Counted from the first letter of the stretch, positions 54,016 to 64,000 are shown. The stretch is DNA of 64,000 nucleotides from an uncultured Verrucomicrobiae bacterium (GCA_963828525.1 CAWHEP010000009.1:320001-384000); one strand, 5' to 3'. Program-made: numbers and translations. The notes: generated from the sequence alone by a model not told the origin.

Positions 54016-54156
54016 GTGCCGACCCTTCAGGTGGGATTTACCGGCGGTAGCGGAACTCCGTTGAAACTGGGCAATAAACCTAGTGAGGTTGGAATCCTCA
54101 ATCGCCGACACCTCCTGCGCGGACTCTGAATCGCTTTAGCCCAAGTCGGGCACCCC
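54016..54156 (+). ncRNA. Candidate structured RNA with tRNA-like four-way junction
   Basis: Stems CGGCGGT/ATCGCCG, AGCGG/CCGTT, CTGGG/CCTAG and TGAGG-TTGGAAT-CCTCA; TTGACA at 53990. Confidence 0.45.
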
Positions 54157-54205
54157 ATTTGCTATAAGGTTCTCTTGTCTTCGAGAAATCGAAGCTTAAG
54201 AATCC

Positions 54206-57200
54206 ATGGCGAAAATATTTATCACCCTCCCTGATGCCGGTCAGATGACCCATCAGCTTGCGGGGGACGTCATCACTGTCGGGCGATATCCCGATAACAT
54301 GATCCAGATAAACCATGCATCCATTTCTGGGCATCATGCCCGGCTCATTGGGCACAAGGGCCGGTATCGACTGCAGGATTTAAATTCCACGACCAAAAGT
54401 TTTGTAAACGGAAAGCCGATTAATGAGGCAGACCTGCCCGTCTCATGCGTAGTCCGCTTTGGAGCTATTGAATGTGTGTTCAAAGATGAGGCGCTGCCTG
54501 CGGCAGGAGATCCGCATGCCACTCGATTGGCGGAAGCTCAGCGGCAGATGGAAGCCATCATTCGCGCGCGAGATGCTCTGCACCAGCAGATCCAAGATCT
54601 ACAGCGGCAGAGGGATGCCGCCGTGCAAACCAACGAGGAGAACGCATACGAACTCGAAGAATTGCGAAGCAAGGTAAAGCTTCTCGATAGCGACCGCAAC
54701 GCGATCCGGTCCCGCAACCAGGAGATGGCAGCGCAACTGGAGCAGAATGGGAAGAACGGCGCCCGGGAGGGTGAAAATGGCACGGGACTGAAACTGGCCG
54801 AAGCGCGCGTTCAACTGGATGTTCTTTCGAAGGAGAGCGCGGCGAATCAGGAAAAATACGAGGCTCTAGCGGTATCTCTGAAAGAAGCTCGTGACCAGAT
54901 CGCCTCGCTGACGCGCGAGCGTGACGTCGCCTGCGAAGAGGCCCGCCGGTTTTCTGGACAGGTGAGCGCCGCGTCAGGAAGCCACGCTGAGATGGAGAGT
55001 GATCTGGCGGAACGCCGGAAGGAAGTTGCGGAATTGGGAAAACAGAGGGACGCAGCCGAGAAGAAGCGCGATGAGGCTACGGCTGAGATCTCCACTCTTA
55101 TAGAACAGGTCGCCGCGGCGTTCGCTGAGCGTGATTCAGCGCTGAAGGAGAAATGCCTCTTTGCGGAGTCCCTCGCTGAGACCCGGCAACAACTCGAGAT
55201 GCTTGTGCAGGAGCATGACGCCGGCGAAGGGATCCGGGCGAAGCTTGCTGAGAGCCTGGACCTCGAGCGGAAGCAAACGCTGGTTTTGAATGAAAATGCC
55301 AGCGCATCAAGAGCGCGGATGGAGCAACTCTCGGAAGAATTAACGCGTTCCGGGCAAAGGGCGGCGGCGGCTGAAAGCGAGCGAGACGCGGCGCTCAGCG
55401 GCAAGGAGGAACAGGCAAAATATCTGGGGGAGGCATCTCAGCAAATAAAGACGCTCACGGGAGAACGCGACAACGCGCGGGCAGAGCGGGAGGAACTCGC
55501 GGCAACGATCGAAGAGCTTCAAAGCAAACACGCCAGCGCCCTGGACAAGCAGGCGAAAGCTGCGGCTCGTGATTTGGAGATGATGACAGCGCAACTGGCT
55601 GAGGCCACCGAGAAAGCTGCCATCCTCACGAAGCAGCGCGAGGCGGCTGAACAAGGACACGAAAGGCTAAATGGGGCGTTGAATGAGGTCCGGCTGCAAC
55701 TCGAAACAACCGTTCACGAGCGGGAAACCTTAAGCGCTGAACGCAACCTCCTTGCCGGAACGCTGGAGGAGCGGAACCGGGAGAATGCCGGCCTCATCCA
55801 GGTGAAGAGCGAGCAGCAGAGAAGCATTGAAGACCTGTCTGCGCGGCTGGCGGAGTTGCTGGAGAAAAATAATTCGCTCACGCGCGAGCGGGATGCCGCC
55901 GCGCAGGGCCACGAAGGCCTCTCGGGGATGTTGGAAGATCTTCGCAAACAAGCCGCCGCGCTTACAGCAGACCGCGCGGGGCTGGAGAATCGCACCAAAG
56001 AATTGACCTCCGCTCTCGGGGAGCAGGCGGCGCAACTGGATGAACTCAGGAAAAAGAGCGAAGCCACACTCGCGGAGCGTGAAGGGCTGGCGACAGAGGC
56101 CGAGGCAACGCGCGAGGAACTGCGCTCGCTGAAGCAGGAACTCGAACACGCAAAGAGTGAACACCTCGGGGCCTCAAAGAAGCTGGAAGCGGAAACGCAG
56201 CGGGTGTCTCAACTGTCCGAGAAGCACGCGGAGGCTCACCACCAATTGGAAGCCGCCGCAGGTGAAAAGCAGGCGCTCCTCGCGCGCCAGGAACAACTGG
56301 CGCGTGACTTGAATGCCCGGGAAGCGGACACCGCGAAGTTCATGGAGCAAGAAGCACTCTCCAGGAAGGACAACGAACTGCTGGCCGCGGCGCTCAAAGC
56401 AGCGAACGAGAAGATGGAATCTTTCTTCAACGAGAAGGAAGGCATCCGCCAGGAACTCGACTCAGCGCGCCTCGAATTGGAATCGCTCCACCAGCAGAAG
56501 CGGGATTGGGCGAGTCAGTCCGATGACATGCGCCGGGAGATTACGGCATCCACCGATTTGCGGAAGCAAACTCAGTTGGCGGCGGAAAAGACGTCGAAAA
56601 GCCTCGCTGAGGCGCGGGAGAGTCTAAAGAGCGCGACCGAAAACAACCAGGTCGCGGCGCAAGCTCTGCAAGACCTTTCCGATGCCCGCGCGAAAGCGGA
56701 AGCCATGACAACAGAGTTAAAGGCGTTGCGCGAGCGCTGCCAGGAACTCACCGCGAACCTCAAAGAGCATCAACAACAGCCGGAGTCCGCGAAAGCGGCG
56801 GAAAGCTACAAGGCGGCGCTCAGCAAAAAAGATGAGGAGATCGTGCGCCTCAAGCATGAACTTGGCATCGCAGCCAAAAAATCAAGAGTCGCGCCGGCAC
56901 CCGAAACGGTCGCGGCAGGAGCCTCCCCTCCCCCACCGGCGGCCGAACCTCCGCCCTCTCCTGGTTTCCGCACCCTGCGTCTCGAGAAAAACCCGGAGGC
57001 AGATAAACCTTCTCCGATGCCCGCGGGGCCAGTCACAGTGCCCGTTCTCCTCGCCGCGATGAGAAACCGTCTCCATTATTTCATCCGGCATCCAAATGAC
57101 GCTTCCATTCTCGACGAGCTTGCCCGCCATACAGCGCAGATTCAGGAGCTCACGGGGGCGGGCGACTCGAAGGCTTCCAGCCGCCTTGCCACGCTGCTGG

Positions 57201-57718
57201 GGGACATGATTGCCGATTTGTGCAAACGTCCGGATCAGGTGAATCCAGCGACCCTGCGCACACTCAGCCAGTCCGTGGACTTTCTCTCAACGCTGCAGGA
57301 ATCGAAGAACGCCTCAAAATCGGTGGATCTGCCGTCCGGCACGGCTTTCGTAGTGGATGACGACCCAGGCATATTGGAGGCGATCGTGCCGGCTCTAAAG
57401 CACGCGGAACTCGATGTCTGCTGCACCGAACAGCCAAAGGACGGTCTGAAGACGCTCGCCGCGCGGAAGTTCGACTTGATTCTGCTCGATGTCGGTCTGC
57501 CCGACATTAATGGAATGGATCTCTGCACGAAAATACGGGGACTTCCCGGCCAGCAGAAAACGCCGATCATCTTTCTGACTGGCATGGATACCGTCCAAAA
57601 CCGCGTGCAGTCGATGCTGAGCGGCGGCAACGATTTCATCGGCAAGCCCTTCAACACGCTCGAACTTGCCGCGAAATCGCTGATCTGGGTTCTCAAAGGC
57701 CAGCTCGGCCTGACGTGA
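54206..57718 (+). CDS. FHA - long coiled coil - Hpt-like bundle - receiver domain protein
   Basis: FHA GR..SISGHHA..FVNG; ~780 aa heptad region; REC VVDDD..LLDVGLP..LTG..KPF. Confidence 0.85.
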   Translation: MAKIFITLPDAGQMTHQLAGDVITVGRYPDNMIQINHASISGHHARLIGHKGRYRLQDLNSTTKSFVNGKPINEADLPVSCVVRFGAIECVFKDEALPAAGDPHATRLAEAQRQMEAIIRARDALHQQIQDLQRQRDAAVQTNEENAYELEELRSKVKLLDSDRNAIRSRNQEMAAQLEQNGKNGAREGENGTGLKLAEARVQLDVLSKESAANQEKYEALAVSLKEARDQIASLTRERDVACEEARRFSGQVSAASGSHAEMESDLAERRKEVAELGKQRDAAEKKRDEATAEISTLIEQVAAAFAERDSALKEKCLFAESLAETRQQLEMLVQEHDAGEGIRAKLAESLDLERKQTLVLNENASASRARMEQLSEELTRSGQRAAAAESERDAALSGKEEQAKYLGEASQQIKTLTGERDNARAEREELAATIEELQSKHASALDKQAKAAARDLEMMTAQLAEATEKAAILTKQREAAEQGHERLNGALNEVRLQLETTVHERETLSAERNLLAGTLEERNRENAGLIQVKSEQQRSIEDLSARLAELLEKNNSLTRERDAAAQGHEGLSGMLEDLRKQAAALTADRAGLENRTKELTSALGEQAAQLDELRKKSEATLAEREGLATEAEATREELRSLKQELEHAKSEHLGASKKLEAETQRVSQLSEKHAEAHHQLEAAAGEKQALLARQEQLARDLNAREADTAKFMEQEALSRKDNELLAAALKAANEKMESFFNEKEGIRQELDSARLELESLHQQKRDWASQSDDMRREITASTDLRKQTQLAAEKTSKSLAEARESLKSATENNQVAAQALQDLSDARAKAEAMTTELKALRERCQELTANLKEHQQQPESAKAAESYKAALSKKDEEIVRLKHELGIAAKKSRVAPAPETVAAGASPPPPAAEPPPSPGFRTLRLEKNPEADKPSPMPAGPVTVPVLLAAMRNRLHYFIRHPNDASILDELARHTAQIQELTGAGDSKASSRLATLLGDMIADLCKRPDQVNPATLRTLSQSVDFLSTLQESKNASKSVDLPSGTAFVVDDDPGILEAIVPALKHAELDVCCTEQPKDGLKTLAARKFDLILLDVGLPDINGMDLCTKIRGLPGQQKTPIIFLTGMDTVQNRVQSMLSGGNDFIGKPFNTLELAAKSLIWVLKGQLGLT

Positions 57719-57789
57719 CGCGCCGCCAGGATCGAACTCGCGGGAATCAAGTTTACAGCGCGGATAGATAGGATAGTCTCCCCACATTC

Positions 57790-59257
57790 ATGCGTCTCCA
57801 GACCTGGAGGGTTCTCCTTTCCACATTGCTGCTGGGTTCTCCCGCGTTTGCCAGCGGTGAACTGCCAATCCAAAAAAGCCTCATTCGCGTCACGACCACG
57901 GCCCAGGACGCGAACTATCGCGAGCCATGGGAGCCGGGGCAAATAGGGGGGGGCGTCGGCGCGGGCTTCATCATAGACGGTTCACGCGTGATGACGAACG
58001 CGCATGTGGTGAGCAACGCCCGGTTCGTGAGTCTCGAGAGGGAGAATGACCCGCGGAAGTATATAGCCTCTGTCGAGTTTGTGGCGCACGATTGCGATCT
58101 CGCTGTGTTAAAGGTGAGCGATCCTGCGTTCTTCACAAATACAGTCGCGCTTGAGTTCGGAGATATACCCGCCATAGAATCCAGCGTCTCCGTATATGGA
58201 TATCCCATCGGCGGGGAACGCCTTTCCGTCACGCGAGGGGTGGTATCACGCATTGATTTTCAGACTTACGCGCATTCCGGTGTGGACCAACATCTGTGCA
58301 TCCAGATCGACGCCGCGATAAATCCCGGGAACAGCGGCGGCCCGGTCATGCAAAGCGGCAAAGTCATCGGGGTGGCATTCCAAGGCTACGGGGGAGACAT
58401 TGCGAACGCGACCGGTTACATGATTCCGACGCCCGTCATCAAGCGCTTTTTGAAAGACATCCAGGATGGGCATTACGACAAGTACACTGGATCTTTCGAT
58501 CAACTGGTTCAACCTGCAAAACCCGGCGGAAAGACGCGCGCTCGGGCTGAAGGACGATGACACCGGCGTCTATGTGAGCAGCGTCGCCAGCGCCGGGAGT
58601 TCCGCGGGGGTTGTAAAGGCCGGAGATGTACTGCTCGCCATCGATGACTTGCCCATCGCGAGTGACGCCTTCGTGGTGCTGAATGGGGAGCGCATCCAAA
58701 TGTCGGAAGTAGTCGAACGCAAATTCAAGGGAGACAAGGTCAAATTGAAGGTGCTTCGAGACAAACAGGAGATTGAGGTGACAGTGGATCTGAAAGAGGC
58801 ATGGCCGTTCTCGATGCAGGCTAACAGCTACGATGTGAAGCCTCGGTTTGTGCTGTTCGGCGGATTGCTGTTCCAGCCGCTCTCGCGAAATTTCGTCGAG
58901 GCAAACCAGGTAGACGATCTGCGGGTCCGCTATTTCTACGATCTTTTTGTAACCGATGAGATATACAAGGATCACCCCGATATTGTCGTGCTTGGCGCGA
59001 TCCTGCCAGACCCGCTGAATACCTATCTCGGTGAATTCAAGAACGGCATAGTGGACGAGGTGAACGGAATGCGGATCAAGAGACTGGATGACCTGGCCAA
59101 GGCATTCGAAGCTCCAGCGGACTATTATGTCATCAAGCTGCTCGGCATCGGACGTCCGATCGTTCTCGAGCGGAAGGCAGTTGACGCGGCAAGGGATCGA
59201 ATCCGTACAAGGTATAACGTTTTGAATGAAGAGAATCTTGATGAACACGCGAATTAA
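57790..59257 (+). CDS. Exported Deg/HtrA trypsin-like protease with PDZ domains (extra base near 58486)
   Basis: TNAHVV (His), DCDLA (Asp), INPGNSGGP (Ser); plant Deg2-like layout including GGLLFQPLS. Confidence 0.88.
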
Positions 59258-60745
59258 ATCGCCTCTCCGGGCGGCCCGGCTCTTTGCATGTCTCAGCCTG
59301 TTTGCCGCAGGTCTCAACGCGGCTCAGGTGCAAGTGACAACCGACAAGCAGGTCTCCGTCGTTCGCGTCAATGTCACCAACCAGTCCTATGATTTTTTCC
59401 ATCCCTGGAGCAAAAAACCCCCCTACTCCAGGCGCGCGCTGGGCGCGGTGCTGGCAAACCATGAAGTCCTTGTCACAGCGGAACTGGTTGCAAACGCGGA
59501 CTTCGTGGAACTCGAGCGGGCGGAGAGTGGTGAAAAGGTTGCCGCTCAGGTTGAAGTAGTCGATTACGAGGCCAATCTGGCGTTGCTCAAGCCCTCCAGC
59601 GACCGCTTCCTCGACGGGATCAAGCCTTTGGAATTGAAGACCGTTGTCTCAGCGGGTGATCAACTGGCGATATGGCAACTTGAGAGCACCGGGGCTCTGC
59701 TCATCACAAACGCTCTGCTTACCACCGTGGAGGTCTCACGCTATCCTGTGGATGACATGGCGTTGCTTACCTACCGCATGACGTCATCGCTTCAGTGACC
59801 GGGACGGGAGTTTCACTGTTCCTGTTGTCAAAGACGGCAAGCTGGCTGGGATCCTTATGCGTTACGATTCGCGCACACAGAATGTCGACGTGATCCCATC
59901 GCCAGTCATAGAGCACTTTCTCAAGGACGCGAGCGGCTCCAAGTATCACGGATTTCCGCGGGCCGGGGTTCTTTTTGCCGGAACGAGGGATCCTCAGCTT
60001 CGGCGCTACGCGGGTCTGGATGCAGGGCAGTCAGGCGGTGTGTATGTGACGGAAGTGCAGAAAGATGGCCCCGCAGGCACGAGTGGCATCCAGCGTGGCG
60101 ACGTCATCCTGGAAGTAGCAGACAAGACAGTGGATCAGGATGGGAACTACCAGGATCCTCTGTACGGCAAAATTTCCATCATACATCTCATCTCCACCCG
60201 GAACTACGAAGGCGATACTCTGAAGCTGAAGATATTCCGGCAGGGCAAAACTATGCCCGTGGAGATCAAGGTGACGCACCGCCCAGTGGAAGATTACGCC
60301 ATCGAGCCTTATATCATCGATCGGCAGCCAAGCTATTATGTATTGGGGGGCCTCGTGATGCTCCAGCTCTCACGCCAATATCTCAAGGAATGGGGACTTG
60401 AGTGGTATAAGAAAGCTCCCGAGCGCTTCGTCTATTATGATCGCTTTCAATCGGATTCTTTTTCCTGAAGCGGGACGCAAGGTGGTCATCCTTAGCCAGG
60501 TTTTGCCTTCGGCTACTACGATCGGATACGACGATCTCGCATACCTCGTCGTGACTAAAATCAACGGGGTCGAGATAAACGGAATCGCCGATGTCGCCAA
60601 GGCGGTCGAACACCCTGTCGATGGCTTCCACAAAGTGGAATTTGATGAGCATCCAAAGGTGCTCTATCTGGACGCAAAGCAAGTGGCGGAAGGCAACGAT
60701 TCCCTAATGAAGCGTTACGGCCTGCCGAGTCTCAAACGACTCTGA
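59241..60745 (+). CDS. Exported Deg/HtrA paralog lacking the catalytic triad (extra bases near 59797 and 60457)
   Basis: Colinear with upstream protease; VTAELV, EANLA and RDGSFTVP replace the triad motifs; PDZ regions retained. Confidence 0.78.
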
Positions 60746-60782
60746 CATGCGCTGAGCTTTCTGAAGTTTTTGCTCACCAATC

Positions 60783-61874
60783 TCAGGTAGCGTGATATTC
60801 AGACAGGAACTTGCGGTCCAGGTAGTCTTTCCACAGGAATGCCAATTTGCCATGCCAGTGCCAGCGGCTCCACGTGGCAAGGCCAGAACCGTCGCCCAGA
60901 TTCAGAATCTGAAGGTATCGCTTCTGAGGTTTGAAGGAGCGAAGACTCTGTCCGAGTAGTGAAGCCAGAAGATTGTGGTGGAGGATGGGGGCCTCCCGGA
61001 TCGCATAGACGCCCACCCGATCAACATTCCGTCGCTGGAAAGTCACGCAATCGCCGCCGCCAAACACATTTCCCTGTCCCGTGGATTGCAGGAAATTATT
61101 CACCAGAAGGCCCCCGTCCGCATCGACAGGGAGGCCTGACTCGCGCAAAAGTGACGGCGGCTTCAGGCCGGTCGCGTCAACGGCCAAATCATACGCAATT
61201 GCGCCTCCGTTATCGAGATGGATGAAGTCTGGCGTGATATCTGAGACGTGGGAATGAGTCTCAATCTGAATTCCTTTGCTTCGTAAGAACTTCCCCATCC
61301 ACTTGCGCGCCGGCATTGGCCTGCCGGGAAGCGGTTCTTCGCCTGAGCAAAGCAGCACGACATCCGCCTGAATCCCGCGCTGGCGGGCAAGGGCGCGAAT
61401 GTTCGCGGCAATCTCGCAACCAGAAGCGCCAGCTCCCGCCACCACTATGCGAATGTGTCCCGCGCTGCGTTCAAGGAACGCTCGCAGCCTGGCGAGGTTC
61501 GCAATCGGCTTTATCGGTATGACCCGGTCGTTTGACCCTCCCCATGATCTGCCGAGGCTTCCTACATTCAGCGAAACGAGATCATACTCAAGACTTTCTC
61601 CGTTCTCGAGGTCCAGACGATGTTCACCTGGTATGATCTGCGTGACCGTCGATCTTATCCATTTGCCCCCGCCGCGCTGGATCAACTGTCCAGCATCTAT
61701 CTGATCCAAAGCGGGATCGTAAAATCCGCCCAACATGCCGGTCGCGAGTCCGGAGTACCAAAAGCAATCCGGCGTCACAAGGATGATTTCGAAGCCGCGA
61801 CGAGTGAAGTCGGCGGAGCGTTTGAGCGTATAAAGGTGGGCGTGTCCCGCGCCTGCCATGACAACCCGCTTCAC
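60783..61874 (-). CDS. FAD-dependent pyridine nucleotide-disulfide oxidoreductase (similar to the domain found N-terminal to some SelD)
   Basis: GAGHAH, YSG...GMLGG.Y, GAGASGCE, FGGGDC, GVYAIR, KDYLDRKF. Confidence 0.82.
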   Translation of the reverse strand: MKRVVMAGAGHAHLYTLKRSADFTRRGFEIILVTPDCFWYSGLATGMLGGFYDPALDQIDAGQLIQRGGGKWIRSTVTQIIPGEHRLDLENGESLEYDLVSLNVGSLGRSWGGSNDRVIPIKPIANLARLRAFLERSAGHIRIVVAGAGASGCEIAANIRALARQRGIQADVVLLCSGEEPLPGRPMPARKWMGKFLRSKGIQIETHSHVSDITPDFIHLDNGGAIAYDLAVDATGLKPPSLLRESGLPVDADGGLLVNNFLQSTGQGNVFGGGDCVTFQRRNVDRVGVYAIREAPILHHNLLASLLGQSLRSFKPQKRYLQILNLGDGSGLATWSRWHWHGKLAFLWKDYLDRKFLSEYHAT

Positions 61875-61893
61875 GGTGGCGAAATGGCGAATC

Positions 61894-62838
61894 TTAGCGC
61901 GTGGAGAGTTCCAGCTTGGCAATACCGCTTCGTAGAGATTCAACACCGCCACAAGACGCGACGAGAATTCCCTTCCGGGTGCGTTGAAGCATTCCGGCAA
62001 GAGCCGCTCCCGGCCCCAGTTCGATGAAATGAGCGCAGTTCTCGGAGTCAACCAAATACTCCATGGACTCCGCCCATCGGACGGTGCCCGTTACCTGTTC
62101 TCTGAGGGCATCGCGGATTTGCGCCGATTCGCGCACCGCGCGCGCATCCACATTGCAAACGACCGTCTTCTGAGGAGTCTGCAGGGGGGTGGTCTCCAGG
62201 ACCTGTCCGAGCTTTATGTAGGCCGACTGCATCAGCCTGGAATGGTAGGCGCCCGCCACCTTGAGGAGCACCGCCTTGCGTATGCCATGCTCGGACGCGA
62301 GGGAGACGGCCAACGCGACCTTGGACGTTTCGCCCGAGATGACTACCTGGCCTGGATTATTAATGTTCGCGACATCCACGTCGGTCTCAGCGGCAAGATC
62401 GCGCGCCGCATTTTCATCCGCGCCTATGAGGGCGGCCATGCCTCCCTCCGTTTCCTCGCATGCGCTCTGCATAAACTGCGCGCGTTGCGCCACGAGTCGC
62501 AGCCCCGTTTCGAACGAAAACGTTCCCGCCGCGGCGTGCGCGGTGAATTCCCCGAGGGACAAACCCGCTGCCGCATGGAAAGAGAAGCCTGGCACCTCTT
62601 CCACCAGGGCTGCAAGGCAGGCAAGGCCATGCACGTAAAGCGCTGGCTGACAGTTCACCGTTTTCGTCAGCTCTTCTTCTGGACCTTCAAAGGCGATCCG
62701 ACTCAGGGAATACCCGAGGATTTCATCCGCCTGCGCAAACAGAGCGCGGGCTGAAGGATAACATTCGGTGAGATCCTTGCCCATCCCCACGGTCTGAGAA
62801 CCCTGGCCGGCGAAAAGAAGTGCAATGCGTTTACTCAA
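61894..62838 (-). CDS. fabD: Malonyl-CoA-ACP transacylase
   Basis: LLFAGQGSQ, QPAL, GLSLGE, AYHS, ELGPG; TTG start at 62838. Confidence 0.93.
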   Translation of the reverse strand: MSKRIALLFAGQGSQTVGMGKDLTECYPSARALFAQADEILGYSLSRIAFEGPEEELTKTVNCQPALYVHGLACLAALVEEVPGFSFHAAAGLSLGEFTAHAAAGTFSFETGLRLVAQRAQFMQSACEETEGGMAALIGADENAARDLAAETDVDVANINNPGQVVISGETSKVALAVSLASEHGIRKAVLLKVAGAYHSRLMQSAYIKLGQVLETTPLQTPQKTVVCNVDARAVRESAQIRDALREQVTGTVRWAESMEYLVDSENCAHFIELGPGAALAGMLQRTRKGILVASCGGVESLRSGIAKLELSTR

Positions 62839-62992
62839 GGGTAGGAAATGAAGGAGGTTCAGCGTCGGGTGAATCCTAAAGAGTTCAAGAACTAAATCGC
62901 TGGTGATGTCCCGTCCGTGCCATCCCCCTGACCGGCGACCATGCTGGAACATTCTTTGATTCGCCTCCTTTTTTCCTTTAGATGAAGCCCCT

Positions 62993-64000
62993 ATGTCAGA
63001 AATCTCGAAGGCTTATGAGCCGCAAGCGGTGGAAGAAAAGTGGTTCGCGCCGCTGGTCTGAAGGCGGATGCTTCAGCGCCAGCGCAGCTTCTCAAAAGCC
63101 GGCTTACTCCATCGTCATACCGCCGCCTAATGTTACCGGCGTTCTAACGCTGGGGGCACGTACTGAATAACACCATCCAGGATGTCCTGGCGCGGCGCGC
63201 GCGCATGCAGGGGAAGGAGGTGCTCTGGCTTCCCGGGACAGATCACGCCGGGATTGCGACCCAGACGGTGGTGGAGAGAACCCTGCGCAAGGAGGGGCTG
63301 ACGCGGCACGAGCTTGGACGGGACGCCTTCCTGAAAAGAGTCTGGCAGTGGAAAGAAGAGCACGGGGGAATCATCATCCAACAATTAAAAAAGCTGGGCT
63401 GCTCGTGCGACTGGAGCCGTGAGCGATTCACGATGGATGAGGGCTACTCCAAGACTGTGCAAAATACCTTCGTCGATCTTTACAGGAAAAACCTGATTTA
63501 TCGCGGCAAGCGGATGGTTAATTGGTGTCCAGTGTCGCTCACGGCTCTGTCAGACGAAGAGGTCATCATGAAGCCGGTGACGGGAAAACTCTATTACATG
63601 AAGTATGAGATTGCCGAGGCTCCAGGCGTATTCCTCGAAATCGCCACGACCCGGCCTGAGACACTCATGGGCGATACGGCCGTCGCCGTAAATCCAAAGG
63701 ATCCGCGCTACCAGAGATACATAGGGTCGCACTGTTGGAGGCCATTCCCGCGCGCGAAGATTCCGATCGTGGGGGACGAGCATATAGATCCCGAGTTCGG
63801 CACCGGCGTTTTAAAGGTGACTCCCGCGCACGACAAGGCCGACTTCGAGATCGGCCAGCGGCACGGGCTGGAAGTGCTCGATGTCCTAAATGCGGATGGA
63901 ACTCTAAATAACCTCGCGGGGCCGGAGTTTGCGGGAATTGACCGCTCTGAAGCGCGTGAACTCGCTGTGGAGAAGCTAAAATCCTTAGGGCTCTTCCTAC
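62993..64000 (+). CDS. valS: Valine--tRNA ligase, 5' part (extra bases near 63050 and 63155)
   Basis: [61 protein letters not shown]. Confidence 0.95.

Noticed and set aside
54042..54111. Canonical tRNA gene (apparent anticodon ATA)
   Set aside because: No proper D-loop, no variable loop, no U33, T-loop TTGGAAT instead of TTCRAAT, no CCA; kept only as tRNA-like
54130..54156. TPP riboswitch on the minus strand (GGGGTGCCC...GGGCT)
   Set aside because: Lacks CTGAGA and the ACCTGA...TAAT...GCG core
54500..56900. SMC/condensin subunit
   Set aside because: No Walker A/B head or hinge domain; termini are FHA and REC
59796..59798. Selenocysteine or readthrough TGA in the second Deg gene
   Set aside because: Homology continues in a different frame; removing one G restores QYRDG
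60783..61874. selD / selenium utilisation locus
   Set aside because: Only the oxidoreductase domain is present; no SelD domain or sel genes nearby

Overview
Bacterial chromosomal window, inferred to be Verrucomicrobiota (Chthoniobacterales/Spartobacteria-like) from the murC-murB fusion and a LysM gene between murD and ftsW. 1.7-20.4 kb is a complete minus-strand dcw cluster (mraZ to ftsZ). It is preceded by 10-bp-phased MraZ boxes and faces a divergent glxK-amidase-murI operon. The rest is housekeeping (trpB, holA, yajQ, lolC/E, ROK, coaX, fabD, valS), an EmrAB-OMF efflux pump and a hybrid sensor kinase, plus several uncharacterised modules. These are: (i) a structured tRNA-like RNA upstream of an FHA / 28-residue-periodic coiled coil / pseudo-Hpt / REC protein, followed by an active + catalytically dead Deg protease pair; (ii) a ~2160-aa exported macroglobulin-like protein divergent from two paralogous Zn-peptidase-like genes; (iii) a TPR-AAA ATPase with a membrane TPR partner; (iv) a candidate ~70-nt sRNA upstream of trpB. 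About 12 single-base frameshifts, some in essential genes, are best explained as sequencing/assembly indels. No CRISPR array, rRNA, canonical tRNA or mobile element was seen. All calls come from reading the sequence by eye; no database searches were run.
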